The notes below the pieces were generated by a model. It had not been told where the DNA came from and did no database searches. It saw only the letters and a list, made by a program, of their open reading frames with translations. Positions 47,846 through 57,224 of a stretch of DNA of 64,000 nt are shown piece by piece. Source of the stretch: Cyanophora paradoxa CCMP329. Taxonomy: Eukaryota > Plantae > Glaucophyta. Numbering within the stretch: position 1 is the stretch's first letter; each line of letters starts with the position of its first letter. The DNA is taken from contig QPMI01000163.1 in the NCBI GenBank assembly GCA_004431415.1, positions 129,499 to 193,498 of the forward strand, in the 5' to 3' direction. A program made the position numbers and the translations under genes.

Positions 47846-49874
47846 CTAGATAGTGCGATTCTCAGTAGCAGCTTCACGACTTTGCCCTCTTGCGCGCCGC
47901 CACCGCGGCCGCGAGCTGTGCCGCGCGATCCTTCCTGCTGCAGGATTAGGCGAGCAAGTAGCCGAGCGGGGGGCGAGGGGGAGGGGGCGCACTTGGGGAC
48001 CGAGGCGGATGCGGCGGGGGCAGGTAGGGCGGCAGCGGCCGGTGGGGCAGCAGCAGCAGGGGCCGACAGGGCGGCGACCGGCGGGCGGGGGCGGGCGGGG
48101 CGGCGGCGGCGGCGGCCGGCAGGGCGGCGGCGGCGGGGGCCGGCGGGGCGGCGACGGCGGGGCCGGCAGGGCGGCGGCGGCGGGGGCCGGCAGGGCGGCG
48201 GCGGCAGGTTCTGAAGGGGCTGCTTCGGGGACAGGCGGCGCCTTGGCGACGGTGTTGGCGCCGGCGCGGCACCGGCGCGGGCGCTTCACGGGGACAGCCG
48301 CGAGGGCCCCGCGAGGCTGGCGATGCGCTCGCCGTCGGGGCCGTACTCGTAGCTCGGAAGCTCGAGCGTGACGTGCCCACCTTTCCTGCCCGAGCGCTTC
48401 GTGGCCACGATCCGACCGGGACCTGCCGCGCCCAAGGAGCAGAGCTTCGTAAGCGAGCGGCGCGGCGAGGGCGGGCCGGGCGCACGCTCGTCGAACTGGA
48501 CGACGTCATGGGAGCCCGTGTGGCGCGGCACGATTAAGCCGCCGTACGCCTTCTCGACGGTGACGGTCTGCATCTCGCTGTGCTTCCGGATCGCCTTCCC
48601 GTCCGCGTCCCGCTTGCAGACGCGCTTGGACGCTTGCGCCACGCCGGAGGGACCGAGAACAGCTGCAAAGAGGTCGGAAAAAGAACAGCGAGCGGGAAAA
48701 AGGAAGCGGCTTCCACCAGCAGCGGTCTCGCGGTCCGGAAGCTCGATAACGAAGCGATTCGCCGCCGGCAGCTTGTCAACCGGGATCGGCTGGCCCGTCT
48801 TCGGGTCGATGGGCGTGGCGACGTGCGCGACCTGCGCCACGATGTTCTCCTGCGATGCGCACCGTTAGAGGATAGGAAAAAGAACTTCGAACGAGTCATA
48901 AGAGCCGCAGACCAACATTGCCGGCCCGGCCACCGGGATCTTGACGTTGACAAGCTGCGTCCCGGTCTTCCGGCGCTTGAGGGCGTTCGCGGCGGCGTCC
49001 TGAAGGTAGCCAATCGCCTCCACGCGCTCCTCCGGCCTCGACAGCGGCCGGAGGAAGCACGCCATCTTCTTCTTCGCCACTCGCTTGAGCCTCGCGTTGA
49101 AGGCGAGGGCGACGTCGAACTGGAAGGAGCCGTCGCCCGGGAACGTCATGATTTGCTTACAGACGTAGATGTGGGGATCGGCGTGGTTGAGGGCTTTGTA
49201 CTCGTCCGCGGCCACCACCTTCGCGGGTGCGTGAACCTGCGCGCACGGGCATCGGACGCTGGAACGGGGCGCGGGCGCGGCGGGCGGACCGTCACGTTCG
49301 AGTAGTAGATGAGGTGGTTTGCGATGGCCACGGCTGCCTGCTCCCCGTCTGCCTTGATGATCACGCTGCCGAGCCCGCAGTCCTTCACATCGGAGTCCTC
49401 CGGGCGCACGAAGCGCCGAAGGATGACGCCGTTGACGGAGTAGTTGAAGTCGCCGCGCTTCGCCTTCGTCTGTGTTGGGAACTCGCCCTCGACTCGCGCC
49501 AAAATCGTTTCACCTGGGCGCGGGAAATGGAAGGGCTTCGGGCGAACGACGCTGAGTTCTGGACACAGCTGGGTGTCTGAGCTAACTGAACAGATGACGA
49601 AGTCGCCAAGGCGAACGTGGTAGGCGCGGCCGCTGGTGTCCAGGCAGCGGACCGTTGCCGCGGGGTGCTCGCCCTTGAGGATGTCGAGGTCAGGGAGCTT
49701 GGGCTCCTTCGCCTTGCGCGCCTGCTGAGTGATCTTGTTGACACGCTTCATGTTGCCCTTGCCGGCCCACGAGCTGCTGCTGTCGGGTCGCTTGCCGTGC
49801 CAGCGGTGCCGACGTCGGGCCTCGTCGAAGCCGTCATCCCAGAGGCTGGGTTCCTTTCGCTTTGACTGCTTCAT
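47846..49874 (-). CDS. Transposon-encoded BAH-like domain protein, convergent with the transposase
   Basis: SGRAYHVRLGDFVIC, ILARVE, VILRRFVRPED, AKVVAADEY and IYVC follow the BAH pattern. About 4 introns. The stop is at 48286 or, with a frameshift, about 47846. Confidence 0.65.
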
Positions 49875-51092
49875 GCACGGCGGCGTGCAGGAATGCTCGC
49901 GCTCGGGCGTGCGCGATGGCGGGAAGCTAGCTAGTCCGGCCTAGCCGAGGGAAGCTGACTAGCAAGCCGGCCTGCTGACCGTTACTGTGACCGTTGTGGC
50001 CGCGTGTGTACGCCACTGTGTACGAGGCCAAGTTCGAGCTCAAGTTTGCGCTGGGCTAATTTCATTGGCGGAAGAAGTTAACAATGGGCGGGGCGTGACG
50101 CAAACTCCGTTCAGTTTGAAACGATCTGACTACATTCTGCCTGAACATGAGGACACAATCAAGGCCCTCTTTCCAAGAGCTGAAATAAAAACCATCGAAG
50201 GAGCAGGCAAGTCTTGAAGTCTTAGAGTCAAGACCACTGACACAGAAGTTCTGAGTTTCCTCCTGCAGGCCACTGGGTGCACAGCGAGAAGCCTGCTGAA
50301 CTTGCGCAAGTGCTTCATCGCTTTCTGCAGAAAGCCTACATCTTCGAAGGCAACCATTGAATTGGTCATGTGCATCGGACCCCAAAGCTTCAACAAGCAG
50401 CCAAAAAAAATATTTGGTTTGTTGAAGCAGGCGAAGGGCAGGCATGCAAGACGAAATTGTGGAATGCATTCCTCCCCGCCCAGCAACCTAGCTATAGGGG
50501 GGGCGAACAAGGTCGAGCCGGCCATGCAAGCCGGGGCTCGAGCCAGGGGGGGGAGAGGCGGCCTCTGACGGAAACAGTGCTAGCTCATTTAATTTCTAGC
50601 TCGTGTCGCGGGCCTGAGTCATCGATATCAAATACAGGCTAGCCTGCCTCTATTCTGTAAGATTATGTGCATTCCGCATATATCCGCACGAGCTATCGCT
50701 AGAGGCCAGAGTTTCTTCGAGCGCCGAAGTCCGGGACCGGGTACCACCCCCCCCTTAGGAGGGCTCGAGCCAGCTCGAACCTGGAACGGGCCGGCTCGAG
50801 CCAGCTCAAGCCGGGGGTTTCAAGCTCGAGCCGCAGCTCTAGTGCACTCTAGTGCTGATCCACCATGAGAAAACGTTAATGCGGCACTTCCCTTTTTGCT
50901 CTGCCATTCAGTCCTTTTGTGTCTTCTTACCCACCGTGAAAAACACCATAATTTGCATAAACACATTACGGTACACTGCGCCACGACTGCAACGTGACTA
51001 AGCGGAGCGGCGTTGTTCGGTTTATTCCAACGCATCGGCGCCTAATCTAGTGACAGACACGGAACAGCGCCGGCACGCGAGAAAAAGGCCCA

Positions 51093-52709
51093 CTACGCCT
51101 TGGAGAGCACACCAGAGTAGATGGTGGAGCTAGTGTACGAGGTCGGGAGCTTCATCTTCTCGGGGTCCTTGAACGAAGCATCCTCAATCGCCGAGCGCGA
51201 GAAGAGCAGGATCACACCGAAGAGCGCTGGAACAAAGATCAGAAAAGGAATATATGGCCGGCTCTTTGATGAGCTCACCCTTCGAGAAGGTGTCGACAAC
51301 GGCGTACGAGACGATCTCGGCCGCAAGGGAGATGGCGTGCGTGCCGGTGGCGATGATCCAGATAAGCGGGTACGCGAACCAGGCGATGATGGAGATGATG
51401 ATGAGGATGTTGTAGGTCTGCTCGCTCGTGAGCGTAGACCCTACAGTCAGAGGAACATGCCGCACCTTCTCGACCTCCGGGGACTTCTCGCGGGCGTTCT
51501 TGCGGAGAACGGTCACCCACGCGACGATGATGGGGATGAAGCACATGTTGGAGATGCCGAACCAGCCCCACTTGGTGCCGGTGCTGAACAAGACACGTTC
51601 AGAATTTAACGATCCCAATAGAGCGATAAAACAGCCGCTGTGCTCACATGGAGAGGGCGCCCATGAGGCCAGTGCCGACCATGAGCATGCCAGAGAGAGC
51701 CAGACCAATGGTCAGAGCCTTGGTTGCGCTAGCCAACAGGCACAGGTTCAGGATGATGAGCGGCACGGTCAGGAACCTGAGCCAAGATGTAAGACAAATG
51801 AAGGCCACACTAACACGAACTGTGCCACTGACCAGTCAATGTAGCGCGCATAGTAGAACACGCGGTACGGGCTGAAGTCGCCGTTCTGCGACGCATCTGA
51901 GCACGAGTTTGCGCAAACTGGAGCCCACATCTGCTACGCACCGACCAGGTGTCGAACAGGGCAACAGAGCCCTGGCCGCGGGCCATGCAGTAGTACGCCA
52001 TCGTGGAAATGCCAGAGTACAGGGTGGTGATGTAGTGGAAGCGGCGCTTGTGCTCCTCACGGCGGAGGGTGAGGATCAGGAAGAGGGTGAACATCGCCGC
52101 CTGGATGCCGAACTCAATCCAGAAGAAGACCTGGCCGCGCTCGGCGGCGTCCTCCGGCGAGTAGAAGTCGGGGCCGAGGCCGGTAATGCGGTTGTAGCAC
52201 GTCCGCTGGATAGCGAGCTGCACCGACTCCGGGTCCTTCAGGTACGAGCCCGCGTAGAAGGACGCGAACTGATCGTAGGTGAAGGAGCACTGGCCGTTCG
52301 GGACGAACGCCGACTGACGGTTCTTGTTGTTCAGCGCGTAAGTCTGGTACCACCGGGCGAAGGTGGGGGACATCTCCTGGCCGGGCAGGGGGGCCGGCTC
52401 GCCAGTGTTGGTGTCGAAGAGCACCGTCTGGCTGCCATACATCTGGTTGAGGGTCTGGGCCTGGTCGAAGGTGAGGGCACCGTTGTTGTTGAGCGGCAGA
52501 AGCGGATCCACGCGATTGCCGGCCGCGTCGGCAACCTTCTGGACCAGCGGCTGGCCGCCGGGCACGGTCACGCCGGCGACGCGGGTGGTCGCGGTGCCAT
52601 CAACGATAGTGTTGGTGCGGGGGTTGGTCTGCAGGTCAAAGACATGGCTGAGGCCAGAGTCGGCAATGTTGCCGGCCATCTGGGGGGCCGACACTTGCAG
52701 GAGGACCAT
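51093..52709 (-). CDS. Microbial (type 1) rhodopsin with about 190-aa N-terminal extension
   Basis: RRFHYIT, AYYCMARGQG, YYARYIDW|FLTVPLIILNL, MVGTGLMGAL, WFAYPLIW, and the retinal lysine in YAVVDTFSK. Confidence 0.95.
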
Positions 52710-54034
52710 CGTTTATTCTGCCAACGGCAACGCGCGGCGCAGTCAGTAACGGCCTCGCAGTGCTACTAATGTAACAGCTAGCTGGCTGCGGGAGGGCGCT
52801 GCGGGAGAGGCAGACCTGTTGACTGCGCAGTCCGCAGTTCTTTACCGACTGGCGGTGCACTAACTTGGTGCGGTACCCGTCCCTGGTGGCTCCTCCCCTC
52901 CAGCTTCCTCCCCCCCTTTACTTCGATTCCCGGCGAGTCTACTTCAGAGAACCGCTCCGCGTCCTTCGAATTCCACCGGGCGATGGGCGTCTGCAAGCGA
53001 GTGACGCAGCAGAGCAGCTAAAGCACAGCAGTGAGAGCAGGCGAAGCGCCGAGCACTGCAGCTGGTACGAAGCCCTTCCCGCTGCTGCACAGCCCGAAGC
53101 CCGAGGCGCTGCTGCACAGCCCGAAGCTATATCAGCCCGACGCGTGCACGTGATCGGCGCCGCGCGGCCGCATGCGCAGAGGCCGAGCTCGAGGAGCCGA
53201 GCTCGCAGATCTAGATCTAGAGGCCGTGGCTCTACGTCGACGTCCTGGGCCGGGCCGGCGCCATGCATATGGCCACGCGTACGTATACGTCCACTCGATC
53301 GATCGGTGCGCGCGTATGCGGAGCTGCTCCCCGGGGCCTGCGATGCAACAATACGCTTTCGCTAGCGCTCAGGCCTAGGCCGTTGCATTGCAATTGGGGA
53401 CCTTATGCTGGACGGAGCCTTGGCCTCATGCTAAAGCTGGACCTTGCGCTCGCCTCAACGGTCAACATGCGCTCGCCTTGCGCTAGCGCTCGCCTTTAAA
53501 GCTTGCAATAGACTCGATCGCGAATTAATATTGCGCTCTCAGAGTCTGATGACATCGCAACCGGCACGTGACATGTACATGTACATCGCGTGCACTGCGG
53601 CACGGTCATGATCACGCACGCCCACGGTCATGATCACGCACGCCACGACTGTCCGATACATTATCGACTCACACGTACCGTACTGAATAAAAAATTGCCT
53701 CAGTGCCGCAGTACCAACGCCACGGTCATCTTGTGCCCTCAGGCCTAAAATGAAAAATTCGAAACCGCGGGCCGCCGGGCCGGGCCGCTTGAACTCGGAA
53801 GCCTAGCTGAAAATAAAACTGCCTCACCGTGGCACTGCAGCTGCGCATGCCAGGCTGCCAGGCTGGCCATGGTTCTAATTTTACAACTAAAAACCAGTAA
53901 GCTTGATTTCCAAAGTTCAAGCTCTGATTAGATTGCTGGCTGTACATGTACGAACTTGAGAGGCGGGGCTTAAGCTTGCCGCAGCGCGACCAGCGGCCTT
54001 CTAGATTCGATAAGGCGGGCTCATGCCATAATGA

Positions 54035-56871
54035 TCAGGCGGCGGAGACGGCGGCGGCGGCGGCGGGGCCCCAGGCGGTGGCGGGGGCGGGGGCGGCGCC
54101 GAGGGCGTCGAGGGCGCGGCGGGCCTTGTCGGCGCAGAGCCCCCACTCCTCGCGGTGCGCCCCGCAGGCCGCCTCGAGAAGGCGAGCGCCAGCAGCGTGC
54201 CCCACACGCCTCGGGGACCGCCGCGGGGCGGGCGGCGGCGAGGGCGGCGAGGGGCGGCCGAGGGCGGCGGCGAGGGCCGGGGTGAGGGCCCACAAGCCCG
54301 AGGCGGCCTGCAGGGCGAGCACCGCGTCGTGCCGCCGGCCGCCCTCCGCCCCGCGGCCGCCCGGCGCCGCCTCCTCCGCGCCCGCGGGCGTCCCGCGGTT
54401 GAGCTCGGCGCGCGCCGCCGCCGGGCTCGCGGCCGGGCTCGAGCTCGGGGGCCCCGCGGCGCCCCTCTCCTTCTTGCGGAAGAGGCCGCCGACGGACTGC
54501 GCCGGCGCCGCGGGTCAGGCGCGCCGGAGAGGGCGCGCGGGGCGGGGCGCACGGCGACGGCGGAGGCGAGGGCGGCGGCGGCTGAGCCGGCGAGGCCGGG
54601 GGCGCCCTTGGGGCGGGCAGACGAGGTGGCGCGGACAAGGGTGCGGCAGTGGGCGTCCGAGCGCTTCAAACGGGCGGCGGAGCGCTTGAACTCGGCGGCC
54701 TCCACTTCGAGCTCCTCGCACTGCTCCTGCAGCATCACCGCGTCCACCGCCGCATCGCCGCCGGCGGCGAGACGGCCCTCCGGCAGCGCGCCAGCGCATG
54801 CACGCCTGCGGCTCGGCGCCGGCCGCTCCCGCTCCCGCTCCTGCGCGAGGCGGGCGTCGGCGGCGCTCGGGCGCGCGGGGCGGGCGGGGCGGGGCGGGCG
54901 GACGCGGAGGGCAGGAGGGGACGAGGGCGAGGCGGGCCGGCTCGTGGGCGGGGCGGCACCGTCGCGGCGCTCGACGGCGACGAAGGCCGTCTCGCGCGTG
55001 GCGAGCGAGTGGCGGAGGCCGAGCTCGAGGATGCGCCGCCGCGCCGCCGCCCGTCGGGGGCCTCCTCAGCTCCCGCACCGCCGCCCGCGCCGCCAGCGCC
55101 GTCACCCGCCCCGCCGGCCCCGCGGGGGCACGGCCACGGAGAAGGCGACGGGGCCGGCGGGGCCGCGGGCGGTGAGGGTGAGGAGGCGGGAGGGCCCCGT
55201 GCCGGCGGGAGGAGGGCGTAGGCGAGGAGGCGCTCGCCGCGGGGGCGGCGGGGAGGGCGGCGGGGCCTGCGCGGCGCCGGGAGGCCCCAGTCGAGGCCGC
55301 TCGCGAGCGCCGGCAGCAGCGCGCGCCGCAGCTGCCCCAGCGCCGCCCCCTCCACCCGCTCCCCGTCCGCGATGAAGGCCGCGTGCCCGCGCCCCGCCCG
55401 CGCGAGCCCGTTCACCAGGTGCTCCGACGCCCCGGCCCCGATCCCGAGGGCGAAGAGGCGCGTGCCGGCGGGGGCCGCCCGCACCGCCGCGATGCACTCC
55501 TCCGTGTTGCTGACCTCGCCGTCGGTGAGGAGGAAGAGGTGGCGGGGCCGGCCGGCGGGGGCCGGGGCGGCGAGGAGGGCGCGGAGCGGGGCGAGCAGCT
55601 CGGTGCCGCCGAGGTCGGCCTGGAGGGCGGCGACGGCACGGGCCGCCTCGGCGAGGCTGGCGTCGCCGTAGGGCGCCGGGGCGGCGAAGAGGCGCCGGAA
55701 GGAGGAGCCGAAGCCGACGAGGTCGAAGGCGGAGCCCGGGGGCAGCGCGCGCAGCATGATCTGCAGCGCGTTCTTCGTCTGCTCCATCTTCGAGCCGGCC
55801 ATCGAGCCGCTGCGGTCGACGAGGAAGAGGAACTCGCCGGGGGCCGGCGGCGCCCCCGCCTCGAACTCGGGGCAGAGGCAGAGGGCGAGGCAGGCGGAGC
55901 CGTCCTCGGCGCGCTCGGCCCAGGCGTGCGGGGCGCGCGGCGCCGCGTGCGCCACCTCGAGCACCAGCGCCCCGTCCATCGGCACCGCCCGCGCCAGCCG
56001 CACCCGCCCCTCCCGCCCCGCCACCGTCACCTCTGCCCCCGCGTCGGCCGGCGCGCGGCGCGGGGTCCGGGGCGGGGCGGGCGGACCGAGGTCGGGGGCG
56101 TGGGTCGGGGAGGCGATGGAGGCGATGGGCGCGGGGGCCACCACGTGTAGCTCCAGGCTCATCGCGTACGGCACCTGCGCGCGCCAGCGGGCCGCGGGCG
56201 TCGGCGGGCGGCGGGCGCGGTGGGACGGGCGCGGGGCCGCACGTGAGGGGCGACGCCGAGGGGATTGACGGCGGCGGCCTCCTCGGGGGCGGTGCGCGCC
56301 GGCGTGTACTTGGCGGGGATCGTGGTGGGGAGCGTGAAGCGCGCCGCCCCGTCCGCCGTCATCGGTAGCTCGCACACGTACGAGAGCGCGAGCTCCGCCT
56401 CCTGCCCCGCCAGCAGGTTCCCCGCGCTCGCCGTGAACACGTCCGGCGCCTCCCGCTCCAGGAGGTACGCCCCGTGCCCGCCCGCGATCGCCGCCGAGTA
56501 CTCCTCCGCCTGCGCCGGCGACGCTGAGTGGCGGCGCGGGCGGGCGAGCGCGGGGGGGCGGGCGGGCAGCGCACGGCCTTCTCCCGCTCGCGGATAACGC
56601 CGGCGATGCGACGGTCGCCGACGCGCGCCTCCCAGCCGATCACCGCCGCGCCCTCGGGCAGCGGGAAGCGGAAGACCGCCTCGATCGGGCCCGCGCTCTC
56701 GTTCTTGTACACCTGCCGGACTGCGCGGGGCGCGGGCCGCCGTCAGTGCTTGATCGCATGGAGGAGCGCTGGCAGCAACCAGCACGCACTCGAGATGTCG
56801 CTGAAGAAGGTGTCGATGGTTCCCGTCACGTACACGGCCCGCAGCGGGCTCGGGGCCTTCTCGGACGCCAT
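54035..56871 (-). CDS. VIT + von Willebrand A domain protein (VWA5A/BCSC-1-like)
   Basis: YKNESAGPIEAVFRFPLPEGAAV, DVFTASAGNL, MIDAS FLVDRSGSM, ADLGGTEL, FLLTDGEV, FALGIG and C-terminal LALQAASGLW...EEW. Confidence 0.92.
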
Positions 56872-57051
56872 GCTGTTAACGCTCGCTGTGGGCGGACTAG
56901 ATGCCGATGCAGAGGATCACTCTCGCCGGTTCGGATGGAATGAGGCCGATGGGCGGCCGCGCGGGAGAGCATGGCGCTCGGCTCAGCCCGTACGACTCAG
57001 CGCCTCAGGTCCGTACGAAGGGCGAACGAAGCTCAAGCTCAAGCCTCGTGA

Positions 57052-57120
57052 TCAAGCCTCTAGCCTCAAGCCTCAAGCCTCAAGCCTCAAGCCTCAAGCC
57101 TCAAGCCTCAAGCCTCAAGC
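57052..57120 (+). repeat. (TCAAGCC)n heptamer tandem repeat, about 10 units
   Basis: Directly visible, upstream of the VWA5A start. Confidence 0.95.
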
Positions 57121-57224
57121 TTGACCGAGGCCTTCAGCGGCTTGCGAATTCGATCGCACTGAACGTTGACGAAAAAGCATACGAGAACTGTCACTACCCT
57201 ACCTAGAGCCATCTAGCCTGCATC

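Larger units (their letters stand above)
42889..50123. mobile_element. DNA transposon (RAG1/Transib-like DDE lineage), rearranged and probably non-autonomous
   Basis: Flanked by ATC at 42886-42888 and 50124-50126. The ends read CGTAAGGAGCTG and (reverse complement) CGTTTCAAACTG. The empty site restores the host frame, and the internal duplicate of the left end starts at the same CG. Confidence 0.88.
41489..50360 (+). pseudogene. ABHD11/YbfF-like alpha/beta hydrolase interrupted by a 7.2-kb transposon
   Basis: HGLVG, ARNHGTSEH, GHSMGGK, LIVVDIAP, FLLTNL, YKWRVNL and YDGPTLFIRGSA (to 42888). Resumes at 50124 with SDYILPEH...IEGAG|HWVHSEKP. Removing the insert plus one ATC restores FIRGSASDYI in frame. 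Confidence 0.9.

Noticed and set aside
42889-50123. RSS heptamer/nonamer at the element ends, or a RAG2-like Kelch-PHD gene
   Set aside because: No CACAGTG-like terminus and no Kelch or PHD pattern are visible, so this is not called a true RAG transposon.
42881-50124. Helitron reading of the insertion (minus strand A|TC...CTGA|T)
   Set aside because: It would give FIRG-SDYI, two residues short of the family G-x-x-S-D-Y pattern. No Rep/helicase motifs are seen, and the internal duplicate begins at 42889, matching the ATC-TSD model.
50480-50860. Cluster of GCTCGAGCC motifs as a MITE
   Set aside because: No clear terminal inverted repeats or TSD could be delimited by eye.
57052-57120. Heptamer array as a CRISPR or telomeric repeat
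   Set aside because: No spacers and not a telomere-type motif; a simple tandem repeat.
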